The position numbers were made by a program, and so were the translations under genes. A stretch of 64,000 nucleotides of DNA from Octopus vulgaris. Taxonomy: Eukaryota. The stretch is taken from NCBI GenBank assembly GCA_951406725.2, contig OX597830.1:14136001-14200000 (forward strand). Direction: 5' to 3'. How positions within the stretch are numbered: position 1 is the stretch's first letter; each line of letters begins with the position of its first letter. The notes under the pieces are model-generated. The model was not told where the DNA came from, searched no databases, and saw only the letters and a list, made by a program, of their open reading frames with translations. Positions 1 through 14,209 of the stretch are shown in pieces.

Positions 1-404
1 TTCGAATACTCTCACCCATTTTAATAAAGTGACCCGATTGTTCAGGTTCTTGAGTTGTCCATTCACTAACACAAATTACACAGACATACGTTTGTGTGTA
101 TGCATATGTGTGTGTATATATATATATTTTTGTGTGTGGGGGTGTATGTATGTATGTATATGTGGATATATAAATATATATATATATATAGAGAGAGAGA
201 GATGTATATATATATATATACATACATGACGATATTTATATATATATATGTACACGTACACACATACACACATATATATGAATACATGCATATATATAAA
301 TGTATATATATATATACACATGTAAATACATATTCATATCTATCTATCTATCTACGTTTGTTTGTATGTCTCTGTATGTGTGTGTCTGTCTGTCTCTCTC
401 TCTC

Positions 405-440
<36 letters not shown>

Positions 441-827
441 CATACACGTATTCATGCATACTTGTATGTATGTCTGTATGTCTGTATGTATGTATGTATG
501 TACGTATGTATGTATGTATGTATGTATGTATGTATGTATGTATGTATGTATGTATGTATGTATGTATGCGTTAGCTTTTATATTTTTTAGTCATGCTGTG
601 GTTATGCCCTGTCGGATTCAGTCGAACAAGCCGACCTCGTTATTATTTTATCCAGGGCCCGAAACTTTTTCCTACCGGTGTGCTTGGCCGAAAATGCTAA
701 TTTAAGGGGCCATTGAGAAGCAGCCACGGTTTGTCAAGGGTCAAACACACGTATTCCTGCATATATTCGCACTTGTATAAATACACACATAAATTCATAC
801 TCAAACACACACACACACATACATACA

Positions 828-883
<56 letters not shown>

Positions 884-886
<3 letters not shown>

Positions 887-1047
887 GACAGGCTTCTTTC
901 AGTTTCCTGTCTACCAAATCTACTCACAAGGCATTGGTCGGCCCGAGGCTATAGTAGAAGACACTTGCCCAAGATGCCACGCAGTGGGACTGAACCCAGA
1001 ATCATGTGGTTGGTTAGCAAGCTACTTACCACACAGCCACTCCTGCG

Positions 1048-1049
<2 letters not shown>
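884..1049 (-). mobile_element. tRNA-derived SINE, family A (5' head part)
   Basis: Reverse complement reads GGCGCAGGAGTGGCTGTGTGGTAAG (A-box-like) ... GGTTCAGTCCC (B-box-like) ... GAAACTGAAAGAAGCCTGTCGTA. Near-identical copies at 22483-22879 and 28030-28460. Confidence 0.85.
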
Positions 1050-1141
<92 letters not shown>

Positions 1142-1190
1142 CGTGTGTGTGTATGTGTCGAATATATAGATCATACGTTTACAATACATA

Positions 1191-1570
1191 GGCATGGGTG
1201 CGAGGTAAGTAGTTTGTTCGCCTACCACCTGCTTCCGTGTTCAGTCCCACTGCGTAGACGTCTTCTATTGTAGCCTCGGGTCCTCTAGAACTTTGTTAGT
1301 AGAGATAAGTATGTAAATCTGTGTGTGTGTGTGTGTTCGTGAATGTGTATGTGTGTTTGTCAGCGTGTGTGTGTGTTTATGACAGCTTGTCTTCGTCTTT
1401 CCCCAATCAGTGCTTGACAACCGGTGTTGGTGTGTACACGTCCTCCGAACCCCTAGCGGATCAGCGTAAACGACCGATAGAAAAAGTACCATGCTTGAAA
1501 AGATAAGCTCTGAGATCGATGCATTCGATCACAATACTCCAAGGTGGTGCCCAAACATGACTACAGTCTA
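1191..1570 (+). mobile_element. Degenerate family A SINE with internal (TG)n
   Basis: GTTCAGTCCCACTGCGT head, GT tract, then CTTGACAACCGGTGTTGGTGTG ... GGTGGTGCCCAAACATGACTACAGTC tail, matching the family A layout. Confidence 0.65.
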
Positions 1571-1584
1571 AATATTTAAATTTA

Positions 1585-1639
<55 letters not shown>

Positions 1640-1649
1640 CATAGATATA

Positions 1650-1686
<37 letters not shown>

Positions 1687-1750
1687 ATGCGTGTTTGTGT
1701 GAGTGTGTTTGTATGCATGTATTGGCGATCCGCGCACACACACACCACAC

Positions 1751-1808
<58 letters not shown>

Positions 1809-2125
1809 AGACAATCACTCACTGCGGAAGAGAATTTGAAAAAGTTAAAGTACCAAGACTTAGGATTTTGGAAAATTTTGATAAAAGCCTTGAACAAAAT
1901 ATCCTGGCCCCAGAATAAACTTTTGAAGCATTTCCACTACTACAACGCGATCTTCGTCTCACTTTTGTTCCATCTAATCTCACTTTCTATCTCTATGTAT
2001 GCATATACATATAAACATGTGTGTATGCATGTGTATATATACATATATATATATATATATGTATATAGACGTATATATACATGTATATCTATGTATATCT
2101 GTCTATCTATCTATACATATTTATT

Positions 2126-2160
<35 letters not shown>

Positions 2161-2292
2161 TTGCGTTCACAAGCACACATACACGCATTTACACATGCAT
2201 ACACACACATATATGCATGAATGAAATGTACGTATACATATCCACATATAAACATAGACAGAAATAGGTACAGATATATATATGTATATGCG

Positions 2293-2337
<45 letters not shown>

Positions 2338-2365
2338 GAAGTATGTATACATATACATATTAGTG

Positions 2366-2398
<33 letters not shown>

Positions 2399-2588
2399 AT
2401 GTATATATATATGTATGTATATATGTATGTATGCATGTATGTATGTATGTATGTATCTGTCTATCCATCTATCTATCTATCTATCTATCTCTATCTATAT
2501 ATATATATACATATATATGCATATATATATACGTACACCTATATCACTACGTACACACTCACGCAAACGCGCGCACATATGTGTGTTC

Positions 2589-2626
<38 letters not shown>

Positions 2627-2876
2627 GTACGCACGCACACACACACAAACACGCCCGCACACACACACATATGAACGTGAGCGCGTGGACACGCACTTAC
2701 AGACAAACACACATTTATGTGGTATGAAGACGTCAATGATGGCTGCGAAAAACCGATGCAATCACTGGTATAACCGGTAAATTTTTACCGTCACAGCACT
2801 ATGCTATTTCTCCTTGAACCTTGGAAACATTACACTACAGCGGGTGCGACTGTGACATAACTACATCTATCTATCA

Positions 2877-2956
<80 letters not shown>

Positions 2957-2994
2957 GTCTATCTACCTATCTATCTATCTGTCTATCTATCTAA

Positions 2995-3032
<38 letters not shown>

Positions 3033-3270
3033 GAAACTCTATCCTATGTATACCTATCTATCTTCTATCTATCTATCTATCTATCTATCGTTATCTAATT
3101 ATCTGAAACTCCCTATGTATATTAATTATGTATATATATCTATAGATCTACATAGTAATATATATATGCATAAATATATATATATGCATATAAAATATAT
3201 AATATAACGATATAAACATGAATACATATATACATATATATATACACACATACACATATATGTATGTATG

Positions 3271-3306
<36 letters not shown>

Positions 3307-3621
3307 TGTATGTATGTATGTATGTATCTATATTTATATTACTTTTAGTGCCTGGACCTCAGTAATTTTTTAGTCCCTCTGGAGAGCAAATTAGTCTGTT
3401 ACTTAGTAAATATGCTAAAGTAGGGATATTAAAATTTAGTGAATTCGAGTTAGATGCCATGCCATCCGGTATATAGGAGCAAAGTTAAAAGGGGTGTAAT
3501 GGATGTCTGCAAATAGGCATGTGCACGAGTCACAGATTGCAACTGGAGACAGGGAGGAGGCTGCGTTTAATTGATAACATATGAGTATACATGTAAGAGG
3601 CCCATAGAGACCATAAATATG

Positions 3622-3703
<82 letters not shown>

Positions 3704-3790
3704 TGTGTGTGTGTTTGTGTGTGTAAGTGGGTGTGTATTTGTGTATATGTATATATATATTTATATATATATACATCTAAATAGTTGTAC

Positions 3791-3845
<55 letters not shown>

Positions 3846-3904
3846 TATAGACGGAAAATATTTGGTCTCCTCTTTTTCATGCTTCCTTTCACTCTTTCAC
3901 CTAC

Positions 3905-3972
3905 TCTTCTTCTTCTTCTTCTTCTTCTTCCTCGTCTACTTCTTCTTCTTCCTCTTCTTCTTCTTCTTCGTC

Positions 3973-4004
<32 letters not shown>

Positions 4005-4110
4005 CTTCTTCTTCTTCTTCTTCTTCTTCTTCTTCTTCTTCTTCTTCTTCTTCTTCTTCTTCTTCTTCTTCTTCTTCTTCTTCTTCTTCTTCTTCTTCTT
4101 CTTCTTCTTC
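3905..4110. repeat. (CTT)n microsatellite
   Basis: Seen directly; source of the poly-L/F/K ORFs. Confidence 0.97.
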
Positions 4111-4549
4111 TTGCTGCTCTTTGATAAACCTATACCTGGATATAAATTATAGGTAAACATGAAAATAAAAATAAAAATAATAGCTTAGGTATTATTAATT
4201 TTGCGCGTACTCAATGCTAATGGTATTTTTTTATAGAGTCGATGAGGCAGAAACGCACAGGCATAAACACACACACATAAGCATAGAAATGGTAGTAGCT
4301 ATCAAACTGCTCCTTACCTACCTACTTGTCTCACTGTCTGTCTGACCGACTGTTTGTCTGTCAATCTATCTATCTATCTATCTATCTATCTGTCTATCTA
4401 TCTATCTATCCTATCTAACTATTTATCTATCTGTCTGTCTGTAAATATATATATATATATACACATATACAGTATATTATAAATATATATTTATACTGCT
4501 AATGTATATGTGTATATATATATATACACGCATATATACATATACATAC

Positions 4550-4584
<35 letters not shown>

Positions 4585-4624
4585 CATGTATATATACACA
4601 TATATATATACATATATATATATG

Positions 4625-4667
<43 letters not shown>

Positions 4668-5640
4668 ACACACACATAGACACGCGCGCGTTGCTCGTTT
4701 GCGAGCATGCGAACACATGCATATACTTGTTTTTGCATGTTGAAAGGAAATCAGCGTGCACCTTGTGCCTTTATATCGACTAAAATATACGTTAGTAAAA
4801 ATTGAACGATGCCAAACTATCAGTCCGCGTTCTGTAGACTTGTCCTTCCTTACCTGTTTAATCAGTCAGGTACATGCACGAATCTTTCCAATTAGATACC
4901 TGTGTGTGTAACTTTGGTTGTTACTGATTGCTTACTTTTAAATGCATGTGTGTATGTGCGTATAGAGGGCCGGCTTTAGGCCGGTTAGACATTGTTCAAA
5001 TTGGGCCCATCAACAAGAGCAAGGTCCTCGCACATGCAAAATTCTTTGCTGCATTTCGTCCGTCTTTCATATAAGCTTTCAATATTTAGTATATCATTGA
5101 GGCTAACAATGGAACCTCGAGCCCTCAAGGCTTTCTGGCTGGGCTGGTGTGCTGCACGAAGCATAAAACATCAATCTTCAGATTTTGTAGAGGAAAGGGC
5201 CCCGCTATCAATTCTCTAAATGAACCTGCACTTCCTAACGCCGGGCCCGATGCATATGCACATTTAGGTGAATGCATGTATGTATATAGATGCGTGCGTA
5301 CATGTTTATTGGTATTGCTTATAAAGATATTATACTAGTGTTGAACCTAGATATTACTTCCAAATCTCTTGCGCAGCATGCACAATCTATCAGTGTGTAC
5401 ATGTATTACTGAAGCTTCTAATCACAGGAAAAGCATTTTAAGCAATAACATTATTTTTGTTTTGCTTCAAAGCTTGACCAGCAGGGCTGAATGTTGACAT
5501 AAATTGTATCTTGGTTTTGGACAACATTTATTAATAATCTTCCTCCATTAAAATGCCATATTCCTGCTAAGCTGATTAAGAGATTTAATTTCTATTTTAC
5601 CTCCCGATGATATCTCTTCCTTAATATAAGTAGCACCCTT

Positions 5641-5850
5641 AAGGCGTCAAACTGTCAGAATCATTAGCACCCCGAGGAAAATGATTCACGGCATTTCGTC
5701 CGTTTTCACGTTCTAAGTTCAAATTCTGCTGAGGGCGACTTTGTCTTTCAGCCTTTTGGGGTCGATCAAATAAGTACCAGTTGAACACAAGGGTCGATGT
5801 AATTGACTTACCCCTCGTTCGAATTTGGTGGCTTTGTGCTGAAATTTGAA
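5641..5850 (+). mobile_element. Degenerate family B SINE
   Basis: CAGAATCATTAGCAC ... GTTCAAATTC ... GGGGTCGATCAAATAAGTACCAGTTG, similar to the young copy at 9882-10110. Confidence 0.7.
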
Positions 5851-6169
5851 ATCAATATTTGAAGCACCCTTACATTTCCACCTAGAATGAAAACACCCAC
5901 GCATCATGCAGCTAAAAGTGCTGGTTTTGATAAAAAGTTATATAATTCACTCGAGGATGTTTCCTAATCGGCACGATTACACCTCGAATCGATTGATAAT
6001 TATGATTGATAATATAAAAGTATTGATCGGCGGGAAGTCGTAATAGTTTCACTGTCGAAGATTAAAACTGTACAATGTATTCTTTCACAAATACGATGTC
6101 AGGTCGTAGTAACAACAAGAGATCATTTATTCTTCGCTCAAATAAGAAGCTTGATATTGACGTTCAGAT

Positions 6170-6385
6170 GGAGGCGGGAAGATGGCAGAATCGTTAGCAC
6201 GCCGAGCAAAACGCTTAACGTCATTTCGTCCGTCTTTAGGTTCTGTGTTCAAATTCTACCGCGGTCGATCTTACCTTCAGACACTTCGAAGTTCATAAAA
6301 TAAGTACCAGTTGAGTACTGGGGTCATTGTTGTCGAAAGACTCCCTCCTCCGAAATTGCTAGCCTTGTGCCAAAATTTGAAACCG
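6170..6385 (+). mobile_element. Degenerate family B SINE
   Basis: GGCGGGAAGATGGCAGAATCGTTAGCACGCCG ... GTTCAAATTC ... AAGTACCAGTTGAGTACTGGGGTC. Confidence 0.75.
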
Positions 6386-6551
6386 ATCTTGACATTTGAC
6401 AAATAATAACTTGTTTCACAGGTATTTTATCAACCTAAATCTAACACACACGAATATATATATATATAAAGTTAATCCAAACATGAAGACACAACAACGC
6501 GAGTACGTGGAACAAATATTGGACGCTCAGGAAGGAAGGGAAGAAGGAGGG

Positions 6552-6584
6552 TTTTACGTTTCGAGCGGAGCTCTTCGTCAGAAA
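6552..6584 (-). ncRNA. Minimal type-I hammerhead-like motif in a short TA-flanked PLE-type element (~6470-6605)
   Basis: Minus strand UUU-CUGACGA-A-GAGC(UCC)GCUC-GAAA-CG-UA-AAA: intact core, 4-bp helix II (one extra A before it), palindromic ACGU helix III, 3-bp helix I. Confidence 0.6.
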
Positions 6585-6600
6585 TATAGTAAAAGGAAAG

Positions 6601-6649
<49 letters not shown>

Positions 6650-6734
6650 CATAAGGGACTAAAGCCATCTGAATATGGCTAGGGACAGGGCAGGTGGTGG
6701 GGTGTTACTGTTGCATTTAGCCCAGGCGAACATC

Positions 6735-6801
6735 AACGTCGCCAGATAGGCTTGACACCATCACGGCGTCCGTGATGGTGTCAAGCCTATCTGGCGACGT
6801 T
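6735..6801. repeat. Perfect 32-bp-arm hairpin (3-nt loop) inside an outer 18-bp inverted repeat
   Basis: 6735-6766 AACGTCGCCAGATAGGCTTGACACCATCACGG is the exact reverse complement of 6770-6801. ATAACATAAGGGACTAAA (6646-6663) pairs with TTTAGTCCCTTATGTTAT (6810-6827). Confidence 0.95.
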
Positions 6802-6873
6802 ATATATATATTTAGTCCCTTATGTTATGGAGCAGTTACTGTCTATATCTCATTTAGAGAATTATTATTGCTA

Positions 6874-6952
<79 letters not shown>

Positions 6953-7012
6953 GTTGAGGCGCAATGGACCATTGGTTAGGGCAGCGAACATATATATATA
7001 TATATATATGTT

Positions 7013-7302
7013 GAGGCGCAATGGCCCAGTGGTTAGGGCAGAGGACTCGCGGTTTCGATTCCCAGACCGGGCGCTGTGAGTGTTTATTGAGTGAAAACAC
7101 CTAAAGCTCCACGAGGCTCCGACAGGGGCTGGTGGAGATTCCTGCCGTACTCTTTCGCCACAACTTTCTCTCACTCTTTCTTCTGTTGGCCCGCTCGCTT
7201 AGCCAGCGGGGCGGCGTCATTTGAAGGCTAAAACAATGCGAAGCGCATTGTGACCAGCGATGTATAACAACAACTGATAGCCTGGTCGGTCACGTGATCA
7301 CG
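7013..7302 (+). mobile_element. tRNA-derived SINE, family C
   Basis: GAGGCGCAATGGCCCAGTGGTTAGGGCAG (A box) ... GTTTCGATTCCC (B box) ... tail ending GGTCACGTGATCACG. An abortive second head lies at ~6955-6986. Homolog at 56458-56701. Confidence 0.85.
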
Positions 7303-7343
<41 letters not shown>

Positions 7344-7761
7344 TATATATATATATATATGCAGAGATACAAGCATGCAGCATATGGCATATATGTGTAA
7401 TATATTATGCATTTAATACATTATACATCGATGCACAGAAGACAAAATTAAAACCATGTACAGTGAGATAGAAATCAATAAACAAGTGTGTGTGTGTGTG
7501 TGTTCGAGTGAGAGAGAGGGAGAGAGAGATTGCGTGTGAGCGTGTATTGTGTGCGTGTTACTGGAGTTTTGGCACAAGACTCTAGACAGCTGGCTGACCT
7601 CAGGTGCCATCTCTCATAGAATAAAATATATATATTCAATATTATGAATTGAGTCCGCTTATTTCGATTTCTTACAACAAATACACCTGAAAATAAGAAA
7701 TCTATGTACATGTGAGAAAGAAGTACACAAACTATTGAGTACTCGTTATATATAGAAAATA

Positions 7762-7925
7762 GGCGCAGGAGTAGCTGTGTGGTGAAAAGCTTCCTTCCCA
7801 ACCCCACGGTTCCGGGTTCAGTCCTACTGCGTGTTACTTTGGGCAAGTGTCTTCTACTACAGCCTCGACCGACTAAAGCCTCATTGTAGTGAAATTTGAC
7901 AGACGGAAGCGGAATCAAGCCCGTC

Positions 7926-7928
<3 letters not shown>
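7762..7928 (+). mobile_element. Family A SINE head
   Basis: GGCGCAGGAGTAGCTGTGTGGT ... GGGTTCAGTCC ... AAGCCCGTCGTA followed by (TA)n. Confidence 0.8.
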
Positions 7929-7992
<64 letters not shown>

Positions 7993-8269
7993 ATTGACAA
8001 AAATGCGATAAAAAAATATATATATGTATATATACATATATACATATATATATGTGTGTGTGTGTATATAAGGACTGGGGCCAATTAATTCAACAAAAAA
8101 TTCTTCAATACAGTGTTCTAGCATGGCTGCAGTCTAATGATTGAAACAAGTAAGAGATTAAGGATAAAAGATATTACCCTGTGGTTACTCAGAGTTTCGC
8201 CACGACTATTACTCATGTAACAGTTACATACATACTGCCATGTTGAACGACTGAAATCTATAAGTTTTT

Positions 8270-8425
8270 TCATTCTCTCTCTGTTTATTTTCTCTTATTC
8301 CTTTTTGATGAAGAGCGGAAGCTCGAAACATAAACATCTTCTTCATTTTACCCCAGCATCAAACTAATACACCTGCTCGTTGTTCATACAGCTTCGTCCT
8401 TTCTTTTCTCTATAAATTTCAACTA
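8270..8425 (+). mobile_element. Short PLE-type element with a decayed hammerhead motif
   Basis: TTGATGA-AGAGCGGAAGCTC-GAAACATAAA at ~8302-8334; downstream AAACTAATACACCTG ... CTTCGTC resembles the reverse complement of 39200-39390. Confidence 0.5.
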
Positions 8426-8769
8426 CATACAAACATGCATCCAAACGTACGTACATATACATACGCATATGCATTCATACTTTTATTCTTTTTCTTGTTT
8501 CAGTCTACGACCATGCTGGGGCATCGTTTGAAGAATTTTTGTTGAACGAATCGACCCCAGTACTATCTTCTTTTCAGACTGATGTTTTTAACATCAATCT
8601 CTCTACTCGAACTGCTAATTTTCGGGGGAGTAAACATTCCAGTACCGGTTGTCAAGCGGTAGAGATGGTAGTGATGGTAGTGTGTGTGTGTGTAGGGGAA
8701 AACATACACACACACACTCATTCACACATACACACATACCTACACATATACAAAGACACACACATCCCC

Positions 8770-8802
<33 letters not shown>

Positions 8803-8889
8803 CACACACACGATAGTTTCCACCAAATCTACTCATAAGGCTTTGGTCAGCCAAAGTGCCATACAGTGGTAAGAATTTTGATATATCCA

Positions 8890-9180
8890 TCTTCTCTGCC
8901 GATTATTGCTGAAAGGGTCGTAGGGTAGAGTCATTAGATACCTTCTCCATGGTATCCTATCAGAAGTAACCAACATTAAACTTTCGGCTTGGTTTCCCAA
9001 GCATGACTGAGTAGGACTATGGATAAAATCCAAGCATCTCGTTCTCGGGCTAATTCTAGGTTCCCCGAAGGATGGCTCGACTTGAAAAATTCATTCAGTC
9101 TTGCAGTTCGTTCCTGTGAATTTCTAATCAGATATCCGTAGCACCAGAGCCGTAACCTCTCAATGCAGCGGAGTAAACCT
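8890..9180 (-). mobile_element. Decayed 3' end of an RTE-clade LINE ORF
   Basis: Frameshifted minus-strand peptides IERLRLWCYGYLIRNSQERTAR and PRTRCLDFIHSPTQSCLGNQAESLMLVTSDRIPWRRYL resemble the RTE C-terminal pattern IERxQLRWxGHLxRM ... GRPRTRWxD ... DRxxW. Confidence 0.6.
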
Positions 9181-9702
9181 GGAGAGATTCGCTGACTTCT
9201 GAATTACGCAACCCGAAATGAGAGGGAAAGATAGAGCACGCGGGACATGGGACATATAGAGAGAGGGATTTCTCCTTGCTGAACCTGAATAAACCTGCAA
9301 ATAATTGAGCAATATAAAGACATATAAAGACATGTACACGAATACAATACCCAGGCAGAGTTAGCGTGACACTATCTCAGGCAAAGCAATAAGTTTCGAC
9401 AAAGAGATGTTTATAAAAGTTCAGTCTACACTAGCGCTCTTTTAGGGACTGAGCGCTTCGGGGAGTTACTAGGAACATTAAAAGTCTGGAATACCAGTTC
9501 TGAACTATGTATACTGTGGTTTGGTGTCAATGCATGCATACTAACTGCCTCAGTGTATTGATTTGTCTAGGGGCCTCTATTGTTGCTATGAAGGCCCGTA
9601 TTTGCCCAGTTTAAATAATCTGATTGAAGATATACAAAAATTTCATTCAACGATGATGCAATGCAGCAGCATAGGACCCGTTGATATTTACTCGGCGCTT
9701 AA

Positions 9703-9787
<85 letters not shown>

Positions 9788-9862
9788 CATCTATCTATCT
9801 ATCTGTCTGTCTGCCTGTCTGTATGTCTATCTATCTATCTATATATCTATCTATCTATATAT

Positions 9863-10110
9863 CGGCGAGCTGGCAGAAGAAGGCGGCGAGCTGGCAGAAT
9901 CGTTAGCACACCGGGCGAAATGCATAACCGTATTTCGTCGGCCGTTACGTTCTGAGTTCACATTCCGCCGAGGTCGACTTTACCTTTCATCTTTTCGGGG
10001 TCGAAAAATTAAGTACCACTTACGCACTGGGGTCGATGTAATCGACTTAATCCGCTTGTCTGTCCTTGTTTGTCCCCTCTATGTTTAGCCCCTTATGGGT
10101 AATAACGAAA
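9863..10110 (+). mobile_element. Family B SINE, young-looking copy with duplicated 5' end
   Basis: CGGCGAGCTGGCAGAA occurs twice, then TCGTTAGCAC ... GAGTTCACATTCCGCCGAGGTCGAC ... TTTAGCCCCTTATGGGTAATAA. Confidence 0.85.
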
Positions 10111-10716
10111 CATATCTATCTATCTATTTATATGTATGTATATATATGCACATATATATATGTGTATATACATACACATGTATGTATGTACTAATACAAT
10201 TAAATGTAAATAATATACTATATACTGCAATTATAACTATACAATAAACTTAATGAGGCGAATATATTTGTGTATATACTTGCCCAGTAGCTTAAACGTA
10301 AAGTCACTTGTAACATCCTGTATTAAAGCGAATCAGGGTTTATATAATGAGATACCCCTTATAACCTCACCTGAGGACACTCTTGTGAACCCAGGGAGGC
10401 CCACCGCCAGTTGTGCAGTATCTCTAGTGCGAAAGATCGATTCAGGACGGGTCGAAAGCAGCGTTATGGGCATTGAGGTTTCACCTACATTCCATTTTCC
10501 GTTCCTATAATTTGTAATATATGTACGTACGTACGTACACACACACACACGCACACGCACACATATACACATATACAAGCACGCAAACACACACATACTT
10601 ACACACACACGTACACAAGTGGAACTGAACCGGGAACCATGTGGTTGGAAAGGGAACTTCTTACCACACGGTCAAGCCTGCGCCTAAGTATATGTATGAA
10701 CGCATAAATTCATTTG

Positions 10717-10767
<51 letters not shown>

Positions 10768-10785
10768 ATAGATATATATATATAT

Positions 10786-10816
<31 letters not shown>

Positions 10817-10909
10817 TACGAATATCTATCTAGCTATCTATCAACGAAATTATACAATATGTCTTTCAGTGCATATATCAGTGTGGCTCTGTGTGTGTGT
10901 GTGTGTGTA

Positions 10910-10947
<38 letters not shown>

Positions 10948-11332
10948 GGGAGGGGGGAAAGAACGAAACAGTATGTTGTGTGTGTTTGCTTCTGTGTGGG
11001 GGTTTGCTTCTGTGTGTGTATGTTTGCGTGCGCCTGTGTGTTCCCGAACATGCAGAGAATGAAAGGGTGAGTGAAGGCAGTTGAGAGTATAAAGCAAGAC
11101 TGTGAATGCATGAAGAGAGGCGCAAATAGATACATACACACGCCTAAATATATATATAAGTATACACACACACACACACATGCACACACACACACGAACA
11201 CGCACACATGCACACTCGCATACACACATAAACACACACACACACATAGCTAGCTAGCTAGATACGTATATAACTATGTAAGTATATATACACATATACA
11301 AGTGCATATCTATATTTATACATATGTATGTA

Positions 11333-11398
<66 letters not shown>

Positions 11399-11467
11399 TA
11401 TTTACACGTATGTATACGCATATATATGTATATTTATGAGATATATATCCATTTTTTATATATGTAC

Positions 11468-11564
<97 letters not shown>

Positions 11565-12005
11565 CATACATATATGTGTGTGCGCGTATGTGTGTTTGCA
11601 TGTGTGCGTGTGTGTGTTGGATGCATGAATAAAACACCAGAGTTTGTTTAAATTTCTTCACTAAAGTAACTCCAAACTCTCGTGTTTTATTTTTTGCCCT
11701 TTGTACTCTATTGATCTTTCTTCGGGGATCAATGAAACATAACGTGAGCTAATAGAGGACTTCGCCTAACGGTTTTCTCTATACTTCTGTTAGTGTGCCA
11801 TTTCATGACATAATCAGTCCTGCATAGTACTTTATGTATATCATGAAATTTGAACTTAGCATCGATCTGTGCATGTATGTATGTAGGCAAAGCATGTATG
11901 CGTACATAGTGTGTGTTTGTGTGTGTATATATATATATTGATATATAAATACACACGCACACACATATATATAATTTGCACCTATAATATATACATACAT
12001 ACATA

Positions 12006-12177
<172 letters not shown>

Positions 12178-12178
12178 T

Positions 12179-12211
<33 letters not shown>

Positions 12212-12245
12212 GCAAGCATATATATATATATGTGTGTATATACAA

Positions 12246-12277
<32 letters not shown>

Positions 12278-12279
<2 letters not shown>

Positions 12280-12550
12280 AGGCGCATTGGCCTTGTGGAT
12301 AGGGCAGCGGACTCGCGATCGGAGGATGGCTGTTTCGACTCCCAGACCGGGCGTCGTGCGTGTTTATTGAGAGAAAGCACCTAAAGCTCTACGAGACTCC
12401 GGCAGGGGATGGTGGCGACCCTTGTTGTACTCTTTCGACCCAAGTTTCTCTTACTCTTTCTTCCTGTTCCCCGTCCAGCTGGGGGGGAACTCATAGGTCA
12501 TAGAAACCGGGAAACCGGGCCCATGAATCTGGCTAGGCTTGAAAATAAAT

Positions 12551-12551
<1 letters not shown>
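12278..12551 (+). mobile_element. Family C SINE head and body with an alternative 3' tail
   Basis: Matches the 7013 copy up to ACTCTTTCTTC(C)TGTT, then continues CCCCGTCCAGCTGGGGGGGAAC ... GAAACCGGGAAACCGGGCCC ... GGCTAGGCTTGAAAA. Confidence 0.75.
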
Positions 12552-12617
<66 letters not shown>

Positions 12618-13059
12618 ATATATATATTTGTATATGTATATATACACACACATATAGATGTACGTACAAGTGCATGTATGCAATACTGGTGACAGACACT
12701 TGGAAGTTTTGGTGAGTCCAACGACGGGTTAAATGGATGAATTTTCGAAATCACAGTCCAAAATAATCTAGTTTGTCTATAATAAATTTGTATTCAACAA
12801 AGAGTAGAGTTTCCTTTTAAATTAATGTAAAATTCTTTTTATTACATAAGTAATCATGAAAACATGAAAACATAAACATACACACATACATATATATGTA
12901 TGTATGTTTATATATATATATATATATGTGTGTATGTATATATATGTTTTTGTGTGTGTATGTATATATATATATATACATACATACACACACACACATA
13001 GACACACACACATATATATATGTACATGCATGCATGCATATATATATATACATGCATGC

Positions 13060-13101
<42 letters not shown>

Positions 13102-13117
13102 GCATGTATGCATGTAC

Positions 13118-13151
<34 letters not shown>

Positions 13152-13441
13152 GCATCTATCTATCTATATATATATAGATGTGTGTGTGTGTGTGTGTGGA
13201 TATATGTAAGTCTATATATATACGCATATATACCTTTACATCCCCCAAAATAGATACGTATTGAATATATTGTATTAATATGTACATATAACTACATACA
13301 TGGAGAGAGGGGGAGAAAGAGAAAGAGAAAGAGAGAGAAAAAGATGATGGGAGAAAGAAAGAGATATAGATGTGCAGGTAGACAGATTGATATATATAGA
13401 GAGATATACGTGCCCATATAATTATATATGTATACATGTGT

Positions 13442-13491
<50 letters not shown>

Positions 13492-13639
13492 GCATACACA
13501 CACACATATATGTATATATATATATATATATATATACATATATATATGAATATATATATATATTATTATAATACACACACACACATATATATCGATATAC
13601 ATATTTATATATATGTATATATATATAAATATATTTGTT

Positions 13640-13690
<51 letters not shown>

Positions 13691-13767
13691 CGGATATGTA
13701 TAAGTATAAGTATGTATATATATATATATATATATTTATGTAAGTATGTATATAGAACCACACATAC

Positions 13768-13803
<36 letters not shown>

Positions 13804-14166
13804 TTGTGTGCGTGTGTATGTGTGCATCTGTGTTAAGAGGGAAAGAGAGAGAGAGCGGGGGTGAGAGTAAGAGGGAAATTGGGAGTGAGAAAAATAGAGA
13901 CGCTACGATTGATTGATTGGATGTAATGATATCTTAGTTCTGTTTATGTGTTTGGTTGATGTATACTTAGAATCTTACACACACGCACACACACACGCAC
14001 ACACACGCTCACACACACAGACACACACACACACACACACACACAGAGGCACGCACGCACACACGCTCACTCACACTTCCCAAAAGCACGCAAACATTCA
14101 CTCACTCATGCGTACACAGATGCATACATACAGGTACACAGACACACGCACTCACTCACACACACA

Positions 14167-14209
<43 letters not shown>

